Shown: piece after piece, positions 26,241-37,500 of the stretch
Layout: every line of letters starts with the position of its first letter
Numbering within the stretch: position 1 is the stretch's first letter
Assembly: GCA_010909165.1 (NCBI GenBank)
Contig: VJWM01000107.1
Coordinates: 558,001-622,000, forward strand
DNA length: 64,000 nucleotides
Reading direction: 5' to 3'
Source of the DNA: Anthoceros angustus
Lineage: Eukaryota; Plantae; Anthocerotophyta
The notes under the pieces: generated by a model
Seen by the model: only the letters and a program-made list of their open reading frames with translations
Told to the model about the DNA's origin: nothing
Database searches by the model: none
Program-made: the position numbers and the translations under genes

Positions 26241-27126
26241 CATAGGTGTGGCCTTCGCTTAGTCAGGTGTGGACATTGTTGCAAACTTGTCCAAAACTTC
26301 AGCATCAGGTGAAAAGTCATCAAGTGGTAGAACTGTGTTCAAGGATTAGATGTCGTCCACCAAGCCGCCCACCACGTCACCTCCATGGACCAAATGATCT
26401 GCCCCCCTCCTCCCCCCCACACAGCACCTCATTCTATAGCCACTAGGTCATCTTGTGTCTTCATCTTCTCTCCTAGCAAAAATTAAAGATTGGTTAAGAA
26501 GTCATTTTGAAATGACTGATCTTGGAGAAATGACATATGCACTTGGTATTAATATTATGCAAAATCGAAGCAATAAAAATTTAAGTATAGTTCAAACTAG
26601 ATATATTAATGAAAGCTTATTTAAGTTTGAATTAGAGGATGCTAAACCTGCACTAACAACATTCGCCAGTGGGATCCGACTTACATCAAATATTGATAAA
26701 ATACCTTTAGTTTAGGGCACTATTCACTAGGGCACCCTAGGTTTAATAAATAATTTCCATCTTAGGGCAATAAGTAGTTTCCTTAGGCGGGTAGTTGTTA
26801 GGTAGTTAGTTGTTATATTTGTTATAACAACTTATGGTTGTAACTACCTCTTCTCTCTACTATGTAAATACTCTTATATTGTCTATTAGCAATGCAATTC
26901 TACAAGGCTCTTTGCAAGTGTGTTTTAAGCGTGATTCTCATCATGGTATCAAAGCTTTGGTTTTAGATGCTTGAGCACATTGCTTGCCTTCTTCTTAGGC
27001 ATGAATTCTTTTGCGCATTTCTAACTTTGTTGCGTAGAGTTTTCGTTTGGAAGCAACCTTTCAAATATGCTCAACACTATATTTTTATGATGCACAAATT
27101 GTGCATCACTTTCTTATCCTCTCCTC

Positions 27127-27672
27127 ATGGGGCAAGGAAACAGGAGAAGATTGAAGGCTGCAATAAGGAAGAATGCACCAAATTACAACAATTTTAAAAA
27201 ATTTAGTGATCCTATAGAAAGAGATTATAAATTCATTAGTAATTTTATTGGTGCTATTCTTATCAAACCAGAGAATCAAGGAGAGTTGATTGAGGTTGCT
27301 AAGAGAGAATTACTTACTTGCTTTAGTTTATCACAAGTAGAATCTCTAGTATTAGCACTTCAACATATTCCTAATTTAAATGTTGGTCCAATTGTGATTA
27401 GTGGTACTAATTCTCTGCAGCCGTTTTTACAATCCATCAAAACAGATTCTAAACTTAGACACAATGCCATTAGTGAAAAATTGTCATCTTTGGCCCGTGA
27501 CTTCAATCATTTAGCACAATGTATTGAAGTATTAGATTCTAAAATATCTAATAGTTCATTGCAGAAATCATCATTTTTACCTGCAGATTCTGTTCTTGAT
27601 GAAATGATAGGAGCATTGTCTAGTGTGATCTCCTCCAAGACCGAACGCACACGATGTAGTCGTGGATTTTAG
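27127..27672 (+). CDS. Extra 181-aa ORF between PBS and gag in element A
   Basis: ATG-initiated and uninterrupted, ends 11 nt before the gag ATG at 27684; C-terminal half has heptad-like spacing (SEKLSSLARDFNHLAQCIEVLDSKISN). Confidence 0.55.
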   Translation: MGQGNRRRLKAAIRKNAPNYNNFKKFSDPIERDYKFISNFIGAILIKPENQGELIEVAKRELLTCFSLSQVESLVLALQHIPNLNVGPIVISGTNSLQPFLQSIKTDSKLRHNAISEKLSSLARDFNHLAQCIEVLDSKISNSSLQKSSFLPADSVLDEMIGALSSVISSKTERTRCSRGF

Positions 27673-30600
27673 AATCACCTGCCATGGCTAGTCGGGAAGA
27701 TGAGGGAGAGCAACTTGACGAAGAGATCAACACAAACAAGGACCCTATTGAGTCAAAATCAATGGTGGTCAACAAGTACGGAGACAGTTTCAAAGAAAAG
27801 GATAGATTCAACGGCAAGGACTACGACGTCTGGCGTCTGCAAATGATAGGAGTTTTGTGCAACCGCGACCTATGGGACATCGTCAACGGAGTCTTAGAGC
27901 GCCCAGTATGGGGTGCTGACGAAAAATGTACCTGGGATGCGAAGGATGAGAGAGCTCAAGATATGATTATCAGCGGCCTCTCTCAAAATATGGTAAGGCA
28001 AATCAGTGAGGCAGGATCTTCCAAAGAAATGTGGGACCACCTCGCACAACTATACTCCTCCAAGGATGTTATGAGTTTGATGACTGCTACTCGTAACTTC
28101 CACAACCTTAAGATGAGAGAATCTGACGCCATCAAACAACATATTAGTTCATTTTTGAATGGCAAGATCCCAACTTGAAGTTGCTTCCAATTCCAAACTC
28201 TCCGAGGTATCATGTTTTGTTGCATTATTATCCTTCCTACCATCCTCCTATAGATCATTTGTGACAACTCAAAATGTTGTCTTGAGAATAGCCTAGAAGA
28301 ATATGAACAAGTATGGTACACCAGATATTTTGGACATAAGTGTAAATGAGTTGATTGGAGCATTGATACACGAGGAGTCAAATCGACGTCATGACTCCCA
28401 ATCTAACCGGCAGCAAGTGATGTACACCGGAAAAGGCACTGGAAGAGATCGTGGTCGAGGCCACGCCAAAGGACCTCCTTCTACGCGGACTGTCAAATCG
28501 TCACCAAGCTTTCTCAATGGAGCTTCTTCGTCTTCTTCCACACCTACAAGAGGTAACAAGTAGACGGGCATTATTTGTAGTTGGTGCAGAATACCAAACC
28601 ACATGGAGAAGGACTACATAAAGAAGAAGAGTGGTGAGCCTAGGAAAGAGGCATCACCAGGCGCACATGTTGTTGTGAAGAAACCCTCTTCATCAACTCC
28701 TTCTGCACTCACAGTATGCTTGGCCTCATCCAAGCCTTCTAATCTTTACTAGTAGTTGGATAGTGGAGCTACCTCACACATCTGTCATAACCAAAACTCT
28801 TTTGAGTCTTATTCCCCAACTACAGGACACCAGTCTATCCTTTCGGGTGATGATCACAACCTCCCAATAGTTGGCGTAGGTTCAGATGTTCTACAGGTCA
28901 GACTCTCCACTTACGTCATGTCCTTCATTTACCAGCCATGTGCAAAAATCTAGTCTCTGCCGCTAGTTTGTGTCACGACCATACTCTGCAAGTCACACTT
29001 TCTGCAGATAGTTGTCTTATTTCTTTTGTCTCCAATAAGTCACATGTCATCTGCGTAGGTACACTAGAGGATGGGCTAAATAAACTTTCAGCCCAAGAGG
29101 GTCCCACACATTCCACAAATGTAGCGTCCCACAATTTTGCTGTACCTAGCCATACCATGTTATGGCATTGTCATCTTGGTCATCCCAATAGCCAAAAATT
29201 AGTACAAATGTCTAAGGCAGGACACCTCTACAGATCACCCTGCCTTTCTCACATTCAACACCTTCCTTGGTGTGAGACTTGTGTCATTACAAAGCGACAT
29301 CAAGCTTCTTTTTAGAACATATCTCCACAGAGGACTACATCACCTCTAGAGCTTGTTCACATACATTTGTGGCCCTATCTCTACACCTTCTTTCAATGGT
29401 AGCAGATATTTTTTGACCTTCATTGACGACTACTCCCGCTTCACTCTTACTTATATCCTTAATCACAAGGGTGATACTTATCATTTCTTCAAGGATTATA
29501 TGGCCTAGGCGGAGAGATAAACAGATAAGAAACTCAAGACCTTACGTTCCGACAACATTTGGTGGCGGGTTTACATCTAAACAATTTGAGGAGTTCTGCC
29601 GAGCTCAATGTATAGCTCAACAACTCACTGTTGTTTATACTCCTCAACAAAATGGCGTAGCAGAAAATAAGAACTTACGTCTTCAAGAGATCACTGGCTA
29701 TTTGTTAACCCAAGCCTATTTACCCTAAGTTTATTGGGCAAAGGCTCTCCTCACAACCACATATCTTATGAATCGACTGCCTACCTCCACAGTCCAAAGT
29801 ATGACACCTTATGAAGCCTTTATTGGCAAGAAGCCCTCTCTTGATCATCTCCGCATTTTTGGATCTCCGGCATATGTCTGATCCTTCCACAAAAAGGCTT
29901 CTTTATGCTCGCAGTGTCACTTTTCATGAATATCACCTATTTTCTCCTTCAGTGGGAGATATTCTACCTCCTCATCGACTTTCTCCCCATGAGGAGCCCG
30001 AATCTTCTTTTGATGATAGTGACCACATTACTCACTTCCCTGTTCCTGCCTTACGTGTTCCTTCCGATGGACCTATTATGTAGGAGGAGGAGGAGGAGGA
30101 GGAGTTAGCATACATCCCACGTCCAAACTCACCTCCATTGGATATAGAGGAACCCCAACATTTTGAGGATATTCCTGATGATCCGGACTAGCCTGAGCAT
30201 GAACTTGAGTATTTAGTCGAGGACCCTCTTCCTCAACCTTCTCAGGAATCAACACTTGTTGACGACGTGGATGATGAGCAACCTGCACAAAGGTACAACC
30301 TCAGAACCAGACCAATCATTCCTGGTCCTGCTAGTTGGAAGGAACCCCCATAGGGATACCTTGCTAATTCTGAAGCTGTATATCAGGTTACTATTGACCC
30401 AGAAGAACCCGCTACCTTAACACAAGCTTTTTCTTCTCCTGAAAAGGATTTATGGAATGCAGCAGTAGATTCAGAATATGACTCTTTGGTCAAGAACTCT
30501 ACATGGGAACTGGTCAAACCCCCTAAGGGAAGGAAAATAGTAACAAGTAAATGGGTATTCAAGATTAAGAGAAAAGGTGATGGTTTCATTGAAAGATATA

Positions 30601-31372
30601 AAGCATGTCTAGTTGCTAGAGGCTTTACACAAATTCCTGGCCTAGATTATGTGCCATGGGCCACTTATGCCCCTCTAGCCAAATTTGCCACCCTCGAATG
30701 ATATTTGCCTTATCCGCTCAATATGACCTTGAACTCCACATGATGGATGTTAAGACAACATATTTACATGGGCGTCTGCAAGAGGAAATACATATGAGAC
30801 AACCAGAGGGTTATGAGGTAAAAGGCAAAGAAGATTTGGTATGCAAGCTTATTAAGTGCCTTTACGGCTTGAAGCAATCAGCAAGGAATGGAACACTGTA
30901 ATACATGTTAAGCTCGTTAAACAAGGTTTTAAACGAAGCAAGGCAGATTCTTGCATGTATGTCTTAATCTCAAGAAATGACATAATTTACCTCTTACTTT
31001 ACTGACGACGTATTTATGGCTTCCTCTTCATCCTCTCTCCTAGCCAAGATTAAGGCTTGGTTAAGAAGTCATTTTGAAATGACTGATGTAGGAGAATTGA
31101 CATATGAACTTGACGTCAATATCATGAGAGACAGAAGCAATAAAACTTTAAGCATAGTTCAAACTAAGTTGATACTAACAGCATTTGCTGATGCTGACTA
31201 TGTTGGCGATCCCGATACTCGGAGATCAGTATCAGGTTATGTACTTATCTTAAGCAAGGCTCCTATTTCATGGTCAAGTAAGAAGCAACCTACCATTGCC
31301 TTGTCAAGCACTGAGCCAAAGTATAGAGTACTAACCTCAGTTGCTAAAGATATAGTATGGAGTAGATTAGCC

Positions 31373-32197
31373 TTAAGTGAGAAAGCAACGTCCTCTCCAG
31401 TTGGGGCTACCTTCACAGTATTGAGCACTCAGAATCTGGTGATTTTGGACATGGCAAGATGAGTGTTTCTTCTTCATTGCTGAGTGTATTTGACAACTTT
31501 TCCTCTTCACTTGTCCCTGCATACATGGAGAACAGTTAATGGCAAAGTTATGAGGAAGACAAATGCTTACATTATGAAGTTTGCTCTAGGAAGTGTGCTG
31601 GCAACCTTTGACCACTGGTGTCTCTCCATCTGAATCCTCTCATGTTTCAAGAACTGCTTCTTCAGTCGAGGAGGACAACTCAATCACGACATTTTTGGAA
31701 CCAGTTTTGTGAGCATCAGCTTCTTTGGCCACGTCCTGCATTGTTACACTTGCGGCTATGGCGGCTAGATGAGCAAAAGTCGGCATCAGGTTTTCTACTT
31801 GCCGCCATGCAGCAGCTTCTATGGCGATCTGACCTGCAGTAGTATCAACAGAAGGCAACAGCTTTTCTCTCTTGCTCAAATGATCATTGAAAGGGCTGAC
31901 AAACACAGGAGATGGTAGTTTTCTATCAGCATTGGCAACGTAATTTCTCTCCAGCATCACATTTTCCCTTTTAGCAACAGCGGGCGCCTGCAGTCCAAGC
32001 TTACTTTCAAGATGTATGGGCACAAATAGGCCGCACGCTCCGACTCCGAGCCTGGCGCTACGACCAGTAATGGTGGACGGGGCAGCGACGTCGTCCAATT
32101 TTGGCGCGCCTTCACGGCGCGAGGCAGTTGCGATGGAGGAGAAGTGGCCGCGCCCATCCTTTGGTTGCGCGGCCGCTTGATTATAAGGGGACAGCAT
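31373..32197 (-). pseudogene. Antisense accessory reading frame of element A (two in-frame stops, candidate 54-nt intron 31570-31517)
   Basis: One frame from 32197 to 31373 containing NVVIELSSSTEE and YCEGSPNWRGR; GTAAGC..ATGCAG intron candidate; truncated where it meets the RNase H remnant. Confidence 0.55.
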
Positions 32198-34179
32198 CCT
32201 CTGGTGTTTGGGGTGCGCTTAACACACGGGCTTGAGGGCCCCCTGCCGCGTCGCCTTCACCATCACCAACCTCAGCTTATCGCGAAGATTCCCTCTGACA
32301 GGTTTTTCAAATGCGGGATGGATGGTGAGGGTTATGCAACCATGTGTCCTGCGTACGGGACATATGGATAAGGTTGGATTTCCCTTATTTACGGAAATTA
32401 TCATATTTTTCCCTTATTCACAGGAATTATCCTAATTTCTTTATTTTTAAATTCTTTCTTTTTTGAATGGCTGCTTAAGTTGGTTACTTAAGTTTCATTT
32501 AATGCTTTACTTAAGGGCTAGTTTCTCCATATTAGCCTATTTTGGCTCATTTTTAAGCCAGATTACTACCTTATTATTTCATCCCCGGTTCATAGGGAGT
32601 GCGAGTGATAAAATAATTTCCTAAGCTGAATAAAAAATTTCCATCTTAGGGCAGTAAGTAGTTTCCTTATGCGCTTAGTTGTTAGGTAGTTAGTTGTTAT
32701 ATTTGTTATAACAACGTATGGTGGTTACAACAACTTATGATTATAATTACCTCTTCTCTTTACTATATAAACACTCTTGTATTTTCTATTAGCAATGCAA
32801 TACTACAAGGCTCTTTGCAAGTGTGTTTTATGCGTGCTTCTCACCAGATATGAGTCCAAAGACAGATGCAGACAAGTTAGAAATGTCAGCAGTTTCATAT
32901 CGACATGTTGTTGGCACTCTCATTTACCTGAGCAATTTCACAAGACCTGGTATACCATTTGAAGGTAATGTTTGCTCACAATTCCTAGAAAATCCTAGAC
33001 GAGAACACTAGATATCAGTTAAGCGTATTTCAGATACCTTAAAGGCACCATGCAAATTGGACTTGTATATTAACATACACCCGGCATCAACAAGCTAAGA
33101 TTGACAGCCTAGGCTGACACTAGGAGATCCGTATCAGGTTATGTGCTCATACGAGCCAAGGCCCCCATCTCATGGTCAACTAAGAAACAGCCTGCTATTG
33201 CCCTTTCTAGCATAGAGTCCGAGAATATGGTACTAACCTCAGTTGCTAAAGATATCGTCTGGAGTAGGTTGGCTTTAGATGAACTTAACCATCCTGAAAG
33301 TAACCCTACACCACTATTCAGCGATAGTCAAGGGGCCATAGCTTTAGCCAGAAACCCAGTATTTCATTCAAGAACTAAGCACATAGTAATGAAATAGTTA
33401 AGTCACCTAAAGTTAGGTTGACTCTATGCTAGTGGTTTTATGAACAGTTATAACCACTTACATAACTTTTGTATATATGCTTGATTTTCCCATGAACTTA
33501 ATAACTTTTGTATATATGCTTGATTTTCCCATGAACTTAATAACCGTTTTTCATTTTCTGCCGCGCTCATGTGCTTTCGCTCGCACCCGCTCGTGCCCCC
33601 TTGAATGATCCACACTCGCTTTATGGTATCAGAGCACTAGGCAATCGGCGCCCATGTGTGAGGCACGATGCCTAAGAGAGGGATTGCCTCATGCGCCTAG
33701 GCGGAAGGTCAACATAGAAGTTGATCACTTTCCCTCACAGGCGGTTTTGTCTGCACAACTTGCCAGGAGAATTATCATCATTCCGTTTCCCGGCAATCTT
33801 CACTTAGGCTTCCAGCCCGTGCAACCAGTTCTAGGCGCAGTGTGAGCCCATCACCCTCCGTCGGTAGAATCAAGACGGCGTGTCGCACCAGCCACGGCAT
33901 CTCGTTCGAGGTGGCGTCGACAAACAGAAAGGAAAGTGAATTCCTTTCATGCCGTGCTAAGGTGCGTGAACTTCAGGATTTGGTTGAGAGCCTCACCGCC
34001 GGTATCACGCAACTCTACCTCCGATGTCGACCCATCGAACTCCAAGCGCATGAAGTTTGTGGAGCTTCGTTGCTTGCGACCCCCTATTGATTTCTGTTTG
34101 AGTTGGATGTGATGCGCCTAGGCGGAAGGTCAACATAGAAGTTGATCACTTTCCCTCACAGGCGGTTTTATCGCACAAC

Positions 34180-34530
34180 TTGCCGGAGAATTATCATCAT
34201 TCCGTTTCCCGGCAATCTTCACTTAGGCTTCCAGCCCGTGCAACCAGTTCTAGGCGCAGTGTGAGCCCATCACCCTCCGTCGGTAGAATCAAGACGGCGT
34301 GTACTGCACCAGCCACGGCATCTCGTTCGAGGTGGCGTCCTGACAAACAGAAAAAGGAAAGTGAAGTCCTTTCATGCCGTGCTAAGGTGCGTGAACTTCA
34401 GGATTTGGTTGAGAGCCTCACCGCCGGTATCACGCAACTCTACCTCCGATGTCAGACCCATCAGAACTCCAAGCGCATGAAGTTTGTGGAGCTTCTGACT
34501 GCTTGTTGCGAGAAAGCGACCCCCTATTGA
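34180..34530 (+). CDS. Extra coiled-coil-like ORF between PBS and gag in element C (repeated in several internal copies)
   Basis: ESEVLSCRAKVRELQDLVESLTAGITQLY recurs at about 33940, 34365, 35560 and 36780, upstream of gag; frameshift noise makes the ends uncertain. Confidence 0.4.
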   Translation: MPENYHHSVSRQSSLRLPARATSSRRSVSPSPSVGRIKTACTAPATASRSRWRPDKQKKESEVLSCRAKVRELQDLVESLTAGITQLYLRCQTHQNSKRMKFVELLTACCEKATPY

Positions 34531-37500
34531 TTTCCTGTTTGAGTTGGATGTGATGCCGCCTAGGACACGTCCAGATCCTCCTGAAGAAGAGGACTTCGAC
34601 TTAGATTCTGGCGGCATCGTGAGCGGATCGATCCCGATCCACCGCGTGGTGAAGAACGCTATAGGCGTCCGATTTCAATTTTGAGTTCGGGCTTCCTAGA
34701 GAACCACGAAGGTGCTCGTGAAGGGCCACGAGGAGGTTTTGGCTACTACCCCGTGGTTCCTTTGGGGAGCGGACACCTCGATCTCCCGGGCGTGAGCGAA
34801 CCGACCAACCACAACCGGAGGGATCGCCTCGACAACTCTGCGGCGACTTCCACATCGGCCTCGGAGGCATCCACCTCAACTATGGCCGCTCTTCCTCAAC
34901 CGCCTTGAAGATCGATTTGGATAAGGATCGTTTCAATGGAAGCGACTACAACACTGGTCATTGAGATTGACCCAGATATTTGAGGAAAATGAGTTGATGT
35001 CGGTGGTAGATGGAAGTGAAGTATGTCCAGCAGCAACAGGTACAAATGCAGCAGACGTTCTCGACTGGAAACGAAGGGACAGGAGAGCACGTTCAATCCT
35101 CATAGCTTCTCTTGACAGAAACATGATGCCTCACACCTTGGGTGCTACCACCTCAGCAGCTGTATGGCATAGTTTCGGTCAGATTTACAAGGATAAGAGT
35201 AATGCATCCCAGGTGTTTGCACACAGGGACTTCTTTGGCATGAGGATGAGGGACAACGAATCCGTTGAATCCTATATTAACCGCTTGATCGCACGAGCTA
35301 CCTTGGCATCTTGTGGCACAACCCTTACAGAGGAACAAGCGGGACCCGATCTGTTAGCTTCACTTCCATGAGCTACGGTCATTTTATGAGTTCACAGTTC
35401 GCTCGTGCATCCTCTCGCAGCATTCTGCTTACCTGGACCAATGATAGGGGCTTTGCTAGGCGCAGAGCCCATCACCCTCCGTCGGTAGAATCAAGGCGGC
35501 GTGTCGCACCGCCCACGGCATCTCGCTCGAGGTGGCCCCGACAAATGTAAAAAGGAAAGTGAAGTCCTTTCATGCCGTGCTAAGGTGCGTGAACTTCGTG
35601 ATTTGGTTGAGAGCCTCACCGCCGGTATCACGCAACTCTACCTCCGATGTCGGACCCATCGAACTCCAAGCGCATGAAGTTTGTGGAGCTTGGCGCTTGC
35701 GAAAGCGACCCCCTATTGATTTCTGTTGAGTTGGATGTGATGCCGCCTAGGACACGCCCGATCCTCCTCAAGAAGAGGACTTGACTTAGATTCGGCGGCA
35801 TCGTGAGCGGATCGATCCCGATCCACCGCGTGGTGAAGAACGCTATAGGCGTCCGGATTTCAATTTTGAGTTCGGGCTTCCTAGAGAACCACCAAGGTGC
35901 TCGTGAAGGGCCACGAGGAGGTTTTGGCTATACCCCGTGGTTCCTTTGGGGAGCAGACACCTCGATCTCCCGGGCGTGAGCGAACCGACCAACCACAACC
36001 GGAGGGATCAAGTCACGCCACGACAACTCTGCGACGACTTCCACATCGCCTCGACGGGCATCCACCTCAACTATGGCCGCTCTTCCTCAACCCGCCTTGA
36101 AGATCGATTTGAGGACAAGGATCGTTTCAATGGAAACGACTACAACACCGGTCATTGAGATTGACCCGGATATTTGAGGAAAATGAGTTGATGTCGGTGG
36201 TAGATGGAAGTGAAGTATGCCCAGCAGAATGTACAAATGCAGCAGACGCTCGATCGGAAACGAAGGGACGGAGAGCACGCTCAATCCTCATAGCTTCTCT
36301 TGGCGAAACATGATGCCTCACACCTTGGGTGCTACCAAAATTGTATGGCATAGTTTCTTTACAAGGATAAGAGTAATGCATCCTGTGTTTGCACACAGGA
36401 CTTCTTTGGCATGAGGATGAGGGACAACGAATCCGTTGAATCCTATATTAACCGCCAGATCGCACGAGCTACCTTGGCATACTGTGGCACAACCCTTACA
36501 GAGGAACAAGCGGGACCAACTGTTAGCTTCACTTCCGCAGAGCTACCATTTTATGAGTTCACATTCGCTCGTGCATCCTCTCACGGAGCTCGCCTTACAC
36601 CGGACCAACTGATAGGGGCTTTGCAACAAGAGCGCACTAAGGGTTTTCATAAGGGAAGGAGACTTCCCAACAACATTTTAGTTTGAGAGTTCTATTTTCC
36701 GGCCGAGGCGGAGGGAGCTTTCGTGGACGTGGTCATGGAGGACAAGGTCGAGGTGGCCCCGACAAATGTAAAAAGGAAAGTGAAGTCCTTTCATGCCGTG
36801 CTAAGGTGCGTGAACTTCGTGATTTGGTTGAGAGCCTCACCGCCGGTATCACGCAACTCTACCTCCGATGTCGGACCCATCGAACTCCAAGCGCATGAAG
36901 TTTGTGGAGCTTGGCGCTTGCGAAAGCGACCCCCTATTGATTTCTGTTGAGTTGGATGTGATGCCGCCTAGGACACGCCCGATCCTCCTCAAGAAGAGGA
37001 CTTGACTTAGATTCGGCGGCATCGTGAGCGGATCGATCCCGATCCACCGCGTGGTGAAGAACGCTATAGGCGTCCGGATTTCAATTTTGAGTTCGGGCTT
37101 CCTAGAGAACCACCAAGGTGCTCGTGAAGGGCCACGAGGAGGTTTTGGCTATACCCCGTGGTTCCTTTGGGGAGCAGACACCTCGATCTCCCGGGCGTGA
37201 GCGAACCGACCAACCACAACCGGAGGGATCAAGTCACGCCACGACAACTCTGCGACGACTTCCACATCGCCTCGACGGGCATCCACCTCAACTATGGCCG
37301 CTCTTCCTCAACCCGCCTTGAAGATCGATTTGAGGACAAGGATCGTTTCAATGGAAACGACTACAACACCGGTCATTGAGATTGACCCGGATATTTGAGG
37401 AAAATGAGTTGATGTCGGTGGTAGATGGAAGTGAAGTATGCCCAGCAGAATGTACAAATGCAGCAGACGCTCGATCGGAAACGAAGGGACGGAGAGCACG

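Larger units (their letters stand above)
26694..32846 (+). mobile_element. Nested Ty1/copia element A: LTRs 26694-26943 and 32606-32846, PBS 26944, PPT 32594-32605, degenerate gag-pol 27684-31385
   Basis: TG..CA LTRs; PBS TGGTATCAAAGC (tRNA-iMet type); TSD AATAT/GATAT; UBN2-type gag, DSGATSH protease, WHCHLGH and ELVHT integrase, RT, DADYVGD RNase H with stops and deletions. Confidence 0.92.
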
